Shown: positions 49,078 to 59,930, counted from the stretch's first letter. The stretch: 64,000 bases of DNA from an uncultured Gemmatimonadaceae bacterium (GCA_963790305.1 CAWBOC010000005.1:64001-128000), one strand, 5' to 3'. Numbers and translations: made by a program. Notes: generated from the letters alone by a model not told the origin.

Positions 49078-51151
49078 ATGGCCGACTTCATCACCGCGGT
49101 CTACATCTCGTTCATCATCCAGGCCGGTGGCGCGCTCCTCACGGCCGCGGTGTTTCGTAGTTTTCAACGGTACTACCAGAAGGCGTATCTCACGCACCTC
49201 CAGTGGAGCTGGCTCGCCCTCAGCGTCCACCTGCTTGCCGGCGCGGTCGGGCTCTATCTGTCGAGCACTTTCGACGCGACGCACCCATTTCGTCTCCTCG
49301 TCAACATCATCGCCGGGATCGCGGGATTCACGCAGATCCCGCTCGTGCTTTTTGGGACCTATGAGCTGACGACCGGGCGCTCGATCTCTGCCCGTTTTGT
49401 GAAGCGCGCCCTGCTCGCCGCCGCGACGACGGGCCTCGTTACCGCGATCGTGTTCGTCTGGAAGGAAGATGCCGGCTTCGCGCGATTCCTCGCGCGCGTC
49501 GGGCTGCGCGCGATTCTCTCCGGCACAGGGTTCCTCGCGGCCGCGTTCGGGATCTGGCGCGTGCGCGCGACCGTACAGGGACTGGGCCCGCGGATGGTGA
49601 GCGGCGCCTTTTTTGTTTACGGACTTCTCCAGCTGCACTACCTCGGCGTCGCGATCTACGAATCGATCTCACAGAACTACCCGGCCTACGTCTCGTACAC
49701 CGGCTTCCTCGACATCCTGATGTACTTCCTGATGGCGCTCGGCACCGTCATCTCGGCTGCTCGAGAACGAGCAGAAGACCGCGATGCAGGCCGCCGCGCA
49801 GATCGAGCATCTCGCCTATCACGACACGCTCACTGGCCTGCCCAACCGACAGCTCTTTCTCGACCGGCTCAATCTCGCCATCTCGCACGCGCACCGGTCG
49901 CAGCGCCGGCTGGCCGTATTCTTTCTCGATCTCGATCGCTTCAAGGTCATCAACGATTCGCTCGGCCACGCGATCGGCGATCGTCTGCTGCAATCGATCT
50001 CACGTCGCCTCACCGGACTCCTGCGCGAAGGCGACACGGTCACGCGCATCGGAGGCGACGAGTTCACGATCCTCGTTCCGCATCTCCAGCACTCCGACGA
50101 CGCCATCGTCGTCGCGCGTAAAGTGCGTGACGCGCTGAAGCATCCGATCGAGATCGATGGCCGCGAGCTCTACGTCTCGACGAGTATCGGCATCTCGCTC
50201 TACCCGAACGACGGCGAGGACGCCAACGCGCTGCTGCGCAACGCCGACGCCGCCATGTACCGCGCCAAGGCACAGGGCCGCGACACCTTCCGGCTGTACG
50301 CGCCGGCGATGAACGCGAAAGCGCTCGAGCAGCTCGCGCTCGAGAACGGGCTGCGCAAGGCGATCGCGAATGGCGAGCTCATCATGCACTACCAGCCGAT
50401 CGTCAGCTTCGCGACCAGCCGCGTCGTCGGCGTCGAGGCGCTGATTCGGTGGAATCACCCCGAGCTTGGACTGCTCTATCCGGCGGACTTCATCTCGCTC
50501 GCCGAAGCGACGGGACTCATTGGACCGCTCGGGGAATGGTCGCTCAAGGAGGCATGCACGCAGGTGAAGGAGCTGCGCGAGCGCGGCCTCTCCAACCTGC
50601 ACGCGGCCTGCAACCTGTCGGTGCGACAGATCCAGCAGCTCGACTTCGTCGAGATGATCTCATCGATCCTTCACGACACCGGCCTGCCGGCAGAGGCGCT
50701 GGATCTGGAGATCACCGAGAGCATCGCGATGCAGAGCGACGACGACACCATCGAGAAGCTGCGCGCGGTGAAGCGCCTCGGCGTGAGAATCTCGATCGAC
50801 GACTTCGGCACCGGCTACTCGTCGCTCAGCGCCCTCCGTCTCTTCCCGGTGGATTCGCTCAAGATCGATCAGTCCTTCGTGCACGACATCACCGCGACCT
50901 CGGGCGACGCCGCGATCGCCACCGCCGTCATCGCCATGGCGCACTCACTCGACCTGACCGTGATCGCGGAGGGTGTGGAGACCGAGGGCCAGCTGGCGTT
51001 CCTGCGCGGCCGCGGTTGTAACGCGTACCAGGGCTACTACGTGAGTCACCCGCTGACGGCAGAGGAGTGCGAGGCGGTGATCCGGGCTCATGATGGGATG
51101 CCGATCGGGGTCAAGAAGAGAAAGACGGGCCGCATAGCGAAAGCAGGTTAG
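49078..51151 (+). CDS. Membrane GGDEF-EAL diguanylate cyclase/phosphodiesterase, frameshifted near 49756
   Basis: About 7-TM N-domain; DTLTGLPNR, GGDEF, EAL, DDFGTGYSS. Confidence 0.88.
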
Positions 51152-51158
51152 GGAAAAC

Positions 51159-52721
51159 CTACCTGACCCGTATCGCATCAGCGATCACGACGTACCCAGA
51201 CGTAGTCCAGCGAGACAGCTGAACACGATTCCACCCAGCGGGGAAGCTCCAGGTCCCCAGGGTATTCCATGCGGCCCCATGCTGCTGCTGGTTCACGTAC
51301 ACCGTCGCCAGCCTCTCCCCCGCTGACGTCAGCACGAGATACGGCGCGCTTGGCGCGCGGTTCGTGCCCGAGGTCCACCAGGCATCGATCGTTCGCGTTG
51401 CGGGCGCGTCGAGATAGAACCAGAACGTCGCTGGATCGCTCACCGCCTGCGTCGCGGCGAAAGCGTACCCGGAGCCATAGTGCCCCGCCGTCGCGGCGGA
51501 TTCGGTCCACGACGCCGAGAATTCCGCGCGGCCGCGCGCGGGATCGTTCGCGCCGTTGTTGCTGTCGATGATGAGCGTGCTGCCGCAGTGCTGCTCGATG
51601 CGGCGCAGATAGTCCGCCCATGGCCAGTTCGGCCCCGGGTCCGTCCGGTTGTGCGGCTGGAGCTTGCCGTGCGCGACGATGTGCAGCTGGTCGCGCGGAA
51701 TCCCGCGATCCCGCGTGATGTCGCAGACCAGCCGTGCCGACGCGTCGATCTGCGACGTCGACCACGATGGCTGCGATGCGAAGCCGGCGTGCTCGATGCC
51801 GATCGTGAAGTGATTGCTCTGTTGACCGTTGCGCGCGCAGTCATGATTGGAATTGAGCGTGCAGTCGTACGTCGCGGCGATGTGCCAGGCGCGCTTCGGC
51901 TCCTCGACGAGCTGCGAGATCTCGGAGCCATCCTCGTTCACGACGTAGTGCGCGCTCACGTTCGAGACGGGATTGACGAGCCACGCCCAGCAGCCGGCGT
52001 AGTTCCCCTCGCACGTGTGGATGATGATCATGTGCGGGGTGCCGGCGTCGCCTGGCGCGCGATCATCGAAGTTGGGTGACGGCCTCCAGATCGCGCTGGC
52101 GAAGTCCGCGCTCGACGTCGTGATGATCGATGGGCGTGGAAAGGCGACGCTGGCGTCGATGCGCGGGATGCGTGTGACGACGCGTCCCCGCTGCTCCACG
52201 TCCAGTCCGCGCCGCAACAGACCGTAGACCGCATCGTGCACGTACGACCCGACCGCCTGCGGATGCGAGATCCCCGAGTATCTCGCGACCGCCGCCGCCC
52301 AATCTCCGATTCGAGTGCGGTCGACCGAGAGCTCCTCGGCGTAGGCGCGCAGCAGCGCTGCCCCCGCACGGATGTTCGCGCGTGCATCGGTCTGTGCTCC
52401 CGCGATCGACACGCCAGCCAATGTCGCGCCGCGAATCAGTCTCTCGCCACGCAGTGCCATGACGCCAAACGCCGCCGGCTGTCCGTCGAATTCCGTGTCG
52501 CCGCGGACCATCTGCATCCGCGTTTCTGCGAACGCCACCGCCTTGAGGAGGGCCGAGGGAACACCAAACTCGCGCGCCGCCGCCTCGAAGTGCACGTCGA
52601 GCGGCCCTGCCTGGAACGTTGCCGATGACGCGACGTCCGTCACGCGCGTCGGCAGGTCCGAGCAGGCGAGGATGACCGGGACTACGAGCCCCGGAAGCAG
52701 GAACGACCGAGTTCGTCTCAT
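51159..52721 (-). CDS. N-acetylmuramoyl-L-alanine amidase (Amidase_2) with N-terminal lysozyme-like and C-terminal carbohydrate-binding-like domains
   Basis: IIIHT, SAHYVV, AWH, IGIEH, DPGPNWPW; VVIADAIRV. Confidence 0.85.
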   Translation of the reverse strand: MRRTRSFLLPGLVVPVILACSDLPTRVTDVASSATFQAGPLDVHFEAAAREFGVPSALLKAVAFAETRMQMVRGDTEFDGQPAAFGVMALRGERLIRGATLAGVSIAGAQTDARANIRAGAALLRAYAEELSVDRTRIGDWAAAVARYSGISHPQAVGSYVHDAVYGLLRRGLDVEQRGRVVTRIPRIDASVAFPRPSIITTSSADFASAIWRPSPNFDDRAPGDAGTPHMIIIHTCEGNYAGCWAWLVNPVSNVSAHYVVNEDGSEISQLVEEPKRAWHIAATYDCTLNSNHDCARNGQQSNHFTIGIEHAGFASQPSWSTSQIDASARLVCDITRDRGIPRDQLHIVAHGKLQPHNRTDPGPNWPWADYLRRIEQHCGSTLIIDSNNGANDPARGRAEFSASWTESAATAGHYGSGYAFAATQAVSDPATFWFYLDAPATRTIDAWWTSGTNRAPSAPYLVLTSAGERLATVYVNQQQHGAAWNTLGTWSFPAGWNRVQLSRWTTSGYVVIADAIRVR

Positions 52722-52785
52722 CGATTAGTAGTACCGCCGCAGTCGCGAAAGTGTTCTCGACGAACTGGGCGGGGCTGAAAACGGC

Positions 52786-53008
52786 AACATCATTCCGGCA
52801 TCCAGGTTCAAAGGGGGGACGCGGATGAGGCGGATGCAGCGGATCAGGCGGATCGTTCCTGGCGCAGAGAACTCTCCTCGCGCAGGAAAAAGCAACCGCT
52901 TTTTGCTCCTGGGAAGGAGAGATCGCGGTGCACGGAGCAATCCGCCGCATCCGCTGCATCCGCCGAATCCGCGTCCCCCCTTTGAACCTGGATGCCAGTA
53001 ATGATGTT
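52786..53008. repeat. MITE-like palindromic element family H (about 41-bp terminal IR followed by GCGGATNNN 9-mer arms)
   Basis: 30-bp perfect IR ggcatccaggttcaaaggggggacgcggat; inner aaaaagc/gcttttt hairpin. Confidence 0.85.
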
Positions 53009-53009
53009 A

Positions 53010-53736
53010 CTAGTGCTTATGCCCCGCGGAATGCTGAGCCTCGAATCCCTGATCGAGCGACACATGCACCATCCATCCGAAGATCTGCGGGATGAATCGC
53101 GCGTTCTCGCGCTCACACTCAGCCTTGGTGCTGATCGCGCCGGCGGGGCCAAACTTCATCTGGCTGCCCACCATCTCGCGCCAGCGCTGCCGGTCGCGCG
53201 GACGTGGCGCGCAGATGTTCACGTGCGCGTGCCACTGCGCGAGGCTGAGCGGAACACGCGCGTTGAGCTCGTCAGGCGTTGCATCCTTTCGCGCGACGTA
53301 CATCGCACCCACGAGTGTGTAGCCGCCGTCAGGCCGACGTTCGTATAGCAGCGAGCTCGGCTTCCGCGCGTCGAACGACCGGCCTTCCCAGATCGCGCGC
53401 CCGTAGTTGGTGAAGTGGTACACCTTCATCGGGACGTTCGGCAGGAAGATCTTGTAGCCGTCGTCGATCGCCTTGCGATAGTCGCGATACGGCTCGAATG
53501 CCCTCGCGCAAACCGCGCAGAATCTCTTCGCCGCGGGCGCTGTCGCGCGCGCTGGGCGCGCGCATCGCCGTCAGCTTGAGGTGTGGCGTCTGCACAATGG
53601 GACCGCCCATCGCGGCGGCGCCACCGGCGGCGGTGGGATCGGCGCTCTCGCCATGCGAATGGTCGTGGCTCTGCGCCTCGACGCAGCCGGGCAAAAACGC
53701 GAGTCCAACGAGAATGAAGGCAGATCGGATCGACAT
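53010..53736 (-). CDS. Hypothetical exported His-containing protein, frameshifted near 53495
   Basis: N-part frame joins YRDYRKAIDDGY..HFTN..LLYE..GAMY..WHAH..WMVHV. Confidence 0.7.
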
Positions 53737-53834
53737 GAGTCCCCCAGGAGGTCACGGCCGGGTGAATACGTAGTAACTACCCCGCGCCGCACACTTCGTT
53801 GGACGACCGACCGATCGCTCTCGTTAAGCCGCTT

Positions 53835-54518
53835 CTACCGCACCCCGGCCGATGCCGAAGAGACACCGGAGCCCGGAACCAACGCGTGAAGCGTGGGAGC
53901 ATGGAGCAACGCATCCTCGTCGCCGATGAGCGCAAGCTCGATGGTGCGATCGAGTGACCCGCCCATGGTCACATACAGCCGTGGATCCCGAACGTCGTGC
54001 GGCACATCGATCACCACTGCGTGAGTGAACGAATGCCCGGCTTCGACTGGGCGCTCCAGATCGAGCTGCGCGCGCCCCAGTGCCTGCTCGGCCTCGAGCG
54101 AACGCGCATGTCGAAAGCCCTCCGCGTCGACGATCACGATGTCCGGCTGGTCCAGTTGGAGCGGCACGCGACGGGCGTCGCTGCTCACCCGTAGGGTGAT
54201 GACGTAGAACGTCCCGCCCGCACGAATGCCGCCGATTTGGGACATCGTGTCGACGTGCTCGACGGCGACGCCCATATGACAATCGAGATAGAACCCGCAG
54301 AAGCGCTTGGTCTCCCCAAGCGCGAGAATGCGCTCGCGACTCGTGAGCGATGTGACGACGAGAACCGTCGCGTACGCGGCGACCCACGCAGCCACGACCA
54401 GCGCGATCGATCGCGCGACTGGCGCGCGTCCACGTCGAACGAGCGCAATGCACGCGACCCCCAAGGCTAGAATGCCAAGGATCGTCGCCGCGAGAAGTGG
54501 AACGCCGGGAAGCTCCAT
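53835..54518 (-). CDS. Membrane-anchored hypothetical protein (DUF4352-like)
   Basis: 2 TM plus beta-sandwich-like domain. Confidence 0.7.
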   Translation of the reverse strand: MELPGVPLLAATILGILALGVACIALVRRGRAPVARSIALVVAAWVAAYATVLVVTSLTSRERILALGETKRFCGFYLDCHMGVAVEHVDTMSQIGGIRAGGTFYVITLRVSSDARRVPLQLDQPDIVIVDAEGFRHARSLEAEQALGRAQLDLERPVEAGHSFTHAVVIDVPHDVRDPRLYVTMGGSLDRTIELALIGDEDALLHAPTLHALVPGSGVSSASAGVR

Positions 54519-54598
54519 AAGGGCCTCAGGGAGAGGGTCAGCAAGTACTTTATACTACAAAGTAAACGAACGCAATGGCTGTCGCGTAACTTTCTCCC

Positions 54599-55318
54599 GT
54601 GATCCAGCTCCCCGAGATCGGGCCCCTGCTCACCGACCGCCCGCTCACCGCGCTCCCGCTCGCGTTCCTCGGCGGCGTGCTGACGAGCCTCACGCCATGC
54701 ATCTACCCGATGATCCCGATCACCGCGTCGATCGTCGGGGGACAGGCAGTCGGCAGCGCTCGGCCAAGCAAACGACGCGCGGTCGCGCTGACCTTTGCCT
54801 ACGTCCTCGGGCTCGCACTCGTCTACGCGGCGCTCGGGCTGCTCGCGGGAATGACCGGGACGATGTTCGGAACGGTCAGCACGAACCCATGGCTGCACCT
54901 GGTCATGGCGAATCTGCTCATCCTGGCGGCATTGGCGATGCTGGACGTCATCCCCATCCGCCTGCCCGCCGCACTCACGACGCGCGCGGCCTCGGTCGGA
55001 GAGGGCGGCCGTGTTACCGGTGCCTTTCTCATGGGCAGCGCCTCGGGTCTCGTCGCCGCTCCCTGCTCGGCGCCCGTCATGGCCGCCGTGCTCACCTGGG
55101 TTTCTCTCACCAAGAGTGCAGCGCTCGGCTTCCTCTACCTCTTCGTATTCTCGCTCGGCATGTGTACGCTGCTCGTCGCCGTCGGGATCTCGGTGGGGGT
55201 GCTCGGGGTTCTTCCAAGAGCAGGGGCGTGGATGATCTGGGTAAAACGTCTCTTCGCGCTCATCATGCTCATCGTCGCCGAGTACTATCTCGTGCGAATG
55301 GGAGGGTTGTTGATATGA
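54599..55318 (+). CDS. Cytochrome c biogenesis/DsbD-type CcdA protein
   Basis: SLTPCIYPMIP and AAPCSAP. Confidence 0.9.
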   Translation: MIQLPEIGPLLTDRPLTALPLAFLGGVLTSLTPCIYPMIPITASIVGGQAVGSARPSKRRAVALTFAYVLGLALVYAALGLLAGMTGTMFGTVSTNPWLHLVMANLLILAALAMLDVIPIRLPAALTTRAASVGEGGRVTGAFLMGSASGLVAAPCSAPVMAAVLTWVSLTKSAALGFLYLFVFSLGMCTLLVAVGISVGVLGVLPRAGAWMIWVKRLFALIMLIVAEYYLVRMGGLLI

Positions 55319-55830
55319 AGGTGTTCGCGCTCGCGGCATTGGCACTGACGCTCGTCTCGACGTCTGCATCCGCGCAGGACGGCGGGCTTCCCGTTGGTGC
55401 GGTCGCGCCGTCGGTGTCCCTCGAGACGCTCGACGGCAAGCGCATGGAGCTCGGCTCGCTGATCGGGAAGACGCCCCTCGTGCTCGAATTCTGGGCGACG
55501 TGGTGCGGCAACTGCGAGGAGCTCGAGCCGACGTTTCAGGCGGTGCAGAAGAAGTTCGCGGGGAAGGTGCGCTTCGCGAGCATCGCCGTGGCGATCAACC
55601 AGTCGCCGGAGCGCGTCCGCCGCTGGGTCGCGCGGCACAAGCCGGGACGGGATGTTTTCTACGATTACGCCGGAGACGCCGCCGAGCAGTATGACGCGCC
55701 GGCAACGTCGTTCGTGGTGATCGTGAATCGCGAAGGGCGCGTGACCTACACCGGCGTAGGTGGCAAGCAGGATCTCGAAGGCGAGATCGCGAAAGCGATG
55801 AGGAACCCTAGGGCGCTGGATAAGCGCTAG
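55315..55830 (+). CDS. TlpA-family thiol-disulfide oxidoreductase
   Basis: FWATWCGNC; ATGA overlap with the CcdA gene. Confidence 0.9.
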   Translation: MKVFALAALALTLVSTSASAQDGGLPVGAVAPSVSLETLDGKRMELGSLIGKTPLVLEFWATWCGNCEELEPTFQAVQKKFAGKVRFASIAVAINQSPERVRRWVARHKPGRDVFYDYAGDAAEQYDAPATSFVVIVNREGRVTYTGVGGKQDLEGEIAKAMRNPRALDKR

Positions 55831-55898
55831 GAGCGCTGGGGAAGCGCTAAGGGTTTTTCAGCGCTATTCCAGCGCCCCAGCGCTTTTCCAGCGCTCTA
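55808..55898. repeat. Palindromic element family G (AGCGCT-based 9-10-mer arms), copy G1
   Basis: gcgctggataagcgctaggagcgctgg ... ccagcgccccagcgcttttccagcgct. Confidence 0.82.
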
Positions 55899-58538
55899 GC
55901 CTCTTAGCGCCTCGGTCGGCTGCACTCGCATCGCCCGCATCGCCGGAAGCGCGGTAGCAACGAGCGACGTCACCAGGATCACGAGTGCGACGATCGCGTA
56001 TGTCACCGCGTCGCGCGAGGTGGTCTCGAACAACATACCGGATAGAGCGCCGCCTGCCGCGGCGGCGCCGATCGTTCCGAGCGCCACGCCGAGCCCGACC
56101 ATCGCAACGCCGCTGCGCATTACGGTCGCCATGATGCTGCGCGCCTGCGCGCCGAGCGCGACGCGAACGCCGATCTCGTGATTGCGCTCGGCCGTCGCAT
56201 GGCTCACGACGCCGTACACACCGATCGCGGCCAGCACCAAGGCCGCCAGCGAGAAGGTGAGCAGCAGCGCCAGATGAAAGCGGCGCGCGCGCAGCGAGTC
56301 CTCGAGAAGCGCATCGAGAGTCGTGGGATCCTCGACCGGCATCGCTGAGTTGATCGCGCTCAGCTCGGCCCGCAGTGCCCGCAGCGCGGTCGCCGCGTCG
56401 TGTTCTCCTCGCACGACGAAAGTGAGCCCGCCCGTCGGCGATTGCGCGTGCGCGAGGAATATGGTGGGGTGTGGTGCTGCGTGGAGCCCTTCATGACGCA
56501 TGTCACCCACGATGCCGACAATCTCTGTCGTCGTTTCGACACCCATGAAGCGCACGGCTATGCGGCGACCGATGGCCTCACCCTCTCGAAAGTGTCGACG
56601 CGCGAACGCGGCGTTCACGATCATCACGGGCGTCGTGTTGGCGCGGTCCCGCTCGTCGAACAGTCGCCCACGCTGCAGGGGTGATTTCAAGGCCTCGAAG
56701 TACGCTCCCGCGACGATCGCGAGGTGTACCGAAGGCCACTCCGCGGCGGACGGGCGCGCTTCTCCTTCGATGACGTAGTTGGCTTCGTCCGCGCCGATCG
56801 GCGGTGACAACGGCAGCGATGACGTCACGCCAACGGCGGTCACACGCGGCGCACCGTTCAATCGCTCCACAGCCTGCCGGACGAACTCCGCGCGACGCGC
56901 CGGGTCGCGATAGTGTTGCCACGTTTGCACCGTGCCCACCGCGACATTCGCGGTGTCGTAGCCCCGCTCTACGCGGAGCAGCGACACCAGACTTCGCACC
57001 AGAAGTCCCGCGCCGACGAGGAGCATTGTCGCCAGCGTCACCTGGCCAATGGCGAGCGCCGAGCGCAGCCCGCGCGTTCGAGGACCCGCCGTCGATGTGC
57101 GGCCACCCTCCTTCAGAGCCTCGCCGAGGTTTCCACGCGCCACCCACGCCGCGGGGAGAGCACCGGCCGCGATGGCCACGAGAATCGCCGTCACCGTTCC
57201 GAACAGGAGGACGCGCGCATCGATCGCGAGCTCATCCATCCGTGGGATGTCCCGCGGGCCTAGTGCTCTTACTACATCGAGGGCCCATGTCGCGGCGAGC
57301 ACGCCAAGGGCCGCTCCGACAATGGAGACGAGCAACACTTCGGTGAGCATCTGCCGCGCGAGTCGCCCGGGCCGCGCGCCAAGTGCGCCGCGAATGGCGA
57401 ATTCGCGTGCTCGACCCATCGACCGGCCGAGGACAATGTTGGCGACGTTGGCGCACGCGATGATCAGCAAGAGCACCACTGCAGCCGCGAGCGTCGACAG
57501 GGCCCCGCGTGCATCCCCGAGCAAGGCGTCCTCGAGCGGCGTGATGAGCACGCCCATTTCGCGATTGGTGGCTGGGTATGCGAGCGCGAGCTCAGAGGCG
57601 ATCATCGACATCTCGCGTTGCGCCCGCTCGAGCGTCGTTCCGGGGCGCAGTCGGCCGAGGACGGTCCACCACCCGTCGCTTCGGCGGACCTGACGGACGT
57701 CGGCAGTGATGGTGAGGGGCACCCATGCGTCACGACCCGCTGGCAACGCGAATCCGCGCGGCATCACACCGACGACGACGAATGGAGCGCCATCGAGCGT
57801 GATCGACCGGCCGATGATGGTCGAGTCTCCGGCGAACCGCTCGCGCCACATGCGGTCGCCGAGGATCACGACGCGGTCGGATCCGGGCGTGAACTCGTCA
57901 GGCCGAAAGGTGCGCCCGAGGCGGGCCGGCGTTCCGAGCAGACTGAAGAAGTCAGTCGACACGAGCCACACCGGGAGCGACGTCATCCCCTGATCGGTGC
58001 GGTGATCCAGGCTGTAGGGCACGGCCGCCGAGAGGTGCTCCAGCGTGCGCGTGCGCTCGCGCCAGTCGACAAAGTTGCCGGGGGCGACATCGTCGAGCGC
58101 GCCGTCGGAGAGCGTCTGTTGACGCACGGCCACGAGCCTGCCCGCACTCTCGTACGGCAACGGCTTGAGGAGCACGCCGTCGATGACGCTGAAGATCGTG
58201 GTCGCCGCGGCAATCCCGACCGCAAGAGTGATCACAGAGACCGCGGTGATGCCGGGGCTTCGGCGCAGCATGCGGGCACCGATGCGCAGATCCTGCGCGA
58301 AATCCTCGATCGGGCGAACCCCGCGCTCGTCGAGACACTCTTCGCGAAGGCGAGTGGAATCTCCGAACGAGCGTTGGGCGCGCGCGCGAGCTTCGGAGCG
58401 GTCGACGCCGGTCGCGGCGAGCCGCTCGGTCTCCATGTCGATGTGGAAGGCCAGCTCGTTCTCCACATCCCGCGAGACCGCGCGTTTCTGCACGAGCGCG
58501 CGGAGCCGATACCAGGCGGCGTGTGGCGTCATCATCAA
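55896..58538 (-). CDS. ADOP-type duplicated ABC permease (MacB/FtsX-like)
   Basis: ELAFHIDME, DLRIGARMLRRSPG, LLIIACANVAN, EIGVRVALGA. Confidence 0.92.
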   Translation of the reverse strand: MMMTPHAAWYRLRALVQKRAVSRDVENELAFHIDMETERLAATGVDRSEARARAQRSFGDSTRLREECLDERGVRPIEDFAQDLRIGARMLRRSPGITAVSVITLAVGIAAATTIFSVIDGVLLKPLPYESAGRLVAVRQQTLSDGALDDVAPGNFVDWRERTRTLEHLSAAVPYSLDHRTDQGMTSLPVWLVSTDFFSLLGTPARLGRTFRPDEFTPGSDRVVILGDRMWRERFAGDSTIIGRSITLDGAPFVVVGVMPRGFALPAGRDAWVPLTITADVRQVRRSDGWWTVLGRLRPGTTLERAQREMSMIASELALAYPATNREMGVLITPLEDALLGDARGALSTLAAAVVLLLIIACANVANIVLGRSMGRAREFAIRGALGARPGRLARQMLTEVLLVSIVGAALGVLAATWALDVVRALGPRDIPRMDELAIDARVLLFGTVTAILVAIAAGALPAAWVARGNLGEALKEGGRTSTAGPRTRGLRSALAIGQVTLATMLLVGAGLLVRSLVSLLRVERGYDTANVAVGTVQTWQHYRDPARRAEFVRQAVERLNGAPRVTAVGVTSSLPLSPPIGADEANYVIEGEARPSAAEWPSVHLAIVAGAYFEALKSPLQRGRLFDERDRANTTPVMIVNAAFARRHFREGEAIGRRIAVRFMGVETTTEIVGIVGDMRHEGLHAAPHPTIFLAHAQSPTGGLTFVVRGEHDAATALRALRAELSAINSAMPVEDPTTLDALLEDSLRARRFHLALLLTFSLAALVLAAIGVYGVVSHATAERNHEIGVRVALGAQARSIMATVMRSGVAMVGLGVALGTIGAAAAGGALSGMLFETTSRDAVTYAIVALVILVTSLVATALPAMRAMRVQPTEALRG

Positions 58539-58542
58539 TGCA

Positions 58543-58875
58543 TCACGTCATCTGCAGCACGAGCCGCACCGCCTCGGCGTATTGTCGCCAGGTAGCGGTC
58601 TCTTCATCGAGCTGCCGACGGCCGGCGGCGGTGAGGCGATAGTATTTCGCCTGACGATTGTTCTCCGTCACCGCCCAGGAGGAGGCGATCAGCCCGCGGG
58701 CCTCCAGTCGGTGCAGGGCGGGATAGAGCGAGCCCTGCGCGACCTGAAGCACGTCGCGTGAGGCATACTGCAAGCGCTGCGTGATCCCCCATCCATGCAT
58801 CGGCTCGACGGAGATCGTCTTGAGGATGAGAAGGTCGAGCGTCCCCTGAAGGAGGTCGACGGTGGACCGGGGCAC
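58543..58875 (-). CDS. PadR family regulator (acidobacterial type)
   Basis: LLQGTLDLLILK, GSLYPALHRLE, NRQAKYY. Confidence 0.92.
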   Translation of the reverse strand: MPRSTVDLLQGTLDLLILKTISVEPMHGWGITQRLQYASRDVLQVAQGSLYPALHRLEARGLIASSWAVTENNRQAKYYRLTAAGRRQLDEETATWRQYAEAVRLVLQMT

Positions 58876-58882
58876 GGAAGCT

Positions 58883-58935
58883 CCTGTAGACGGTCGACAG
58901 GGACGATGGGAGAACTCCTGTAGGATGTCAAGAGG
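58883..58935. promoter_or_regulatory. Two related imperfect palindromes, putative PadR operators
   Basis: cctgtagacggtcgacagg and cctgtaggatgtcaagagg. Confidence 0.55.
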
Positions 58936-58942
58936 AAAGAAC

Positions 58943-59027
58943 TGGCGCTGGAATAGCGCTGAAGAAGGGCTGGAACAGCGCTGGGGTTCCAGCGCTCCTC
59001 CAGCGCTCCCAGCGCTGTTCCAGCGCC
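58943..59027. repeat. Family G element copy G2
   Basis: ggcgctggaatagcgctg...ccagcgctcccagcgctgttccagcgcc. Confidence 0.82.
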
Positions 59028-59033
59028 TGTTCG

Positions 59034-59876
59034 CTACGTCACCCCAACCAGCTCCTCGCTCTTTTCCCAAAGCTCTCGAGCAAGCCCGGACCGACGAGTC
59101 TGCCGCGGGAACGATGCCCTTCGCTGACGCACGAAGTAGCATCCCGTTATCCCGGTGACTGCGCTCGAGGCGGCCAGACGGACGATCGGAGCTGCGCCAT
59201 CCTCAGGAGCTCTCAACGACCACTCCCACGTCTTCCGGATCCAGCGTGGCCATTCGCGCATGAGGTCGGTCGCGACGACTCCAGGATGCACACAGTTCGC
59301 CGCCACGTTGCTTCCCCGCAGCCGCTCGGCAAGCTCGACCGAGAACAGCATGTTGGCGAGCTTCGTGTCGCAATACGCGCGAAGGCCGGACGAGGCGCGG
59401 GCGGTGCCGATATCGGCCGGGATTACGCGTCCCAGGATTCCGAACCGCGACGTGACATTGACGATTCGCGCCCTGTCGGCGGCGCGCAGCTGCGGAAGCA
59501 GCTGATTCGTGAAGAGGAAGGGACCGAGGTGATTGACCGCCCAGGTCATCTCGAATCCGTCCACGCTCTCGCGGCGTGAGCGCAGGTGGACACCAGCATT
59601 GTTCACCAGCACATGGACTGCGTCGTGATTCGAGGCGATCTCCGCAGCCGCGGCGCAGACCAATGCCAGCGAGGCGAGGTCCAGGGCGACGAACGAGACG
59701 GCGGCCCCGGGAGCAGCCGCTTCACGCACCCGCTGCGCAGCCCTTTCGCCTCGGTCACGATCGCGACCGAGCATCACGACGGTCGCTCCCATCCCGGCGA
59801 GTGCGGTGGCAGTCGCGAGACCGAGTCCCCGCGTCGCTCCCGTAACAACGCACACGCGTCCAAGGAGGTCGATCAC
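59034..59876 (-). CDS. SDR oxidoreductase (retinol-dehydrogenase-like); start uncertain
   Basis: TGATRGLG, NNAG, VNHLGPF, YCDTK, HPGVVAT. Confidence 0.88.
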   Translation of the reverse strand: MIDLLGRVCVVTGATRGLGLATATALAGMGATVVMLGRDRDRGERAAQRVREAAAPGAAVSFVALDLASLALVCAAAAEIASNHDAVHVLVNNAGVHLRSRRESVDGFEMTWAVNHLGPFLFTNQLLPQLRAADRARIVNVTSRFGILGRVIPADIGTARASSGLRAYCDTKLANMLFSVELAERLRGSNVAANCVHPGVVATDLMREWPRWIRKTWEWSLRAPEDGAAPIVRLAASSAVTGITGCYFVRQRRASFPRQTRRSGLARELWEKSEELVGVT

Positions 59877-59930
59877 CTCGCGTGAGGACTGGCGCCGTTC
59901 TTCGCGGCGTGGAGTATTCATCTCACTGTT

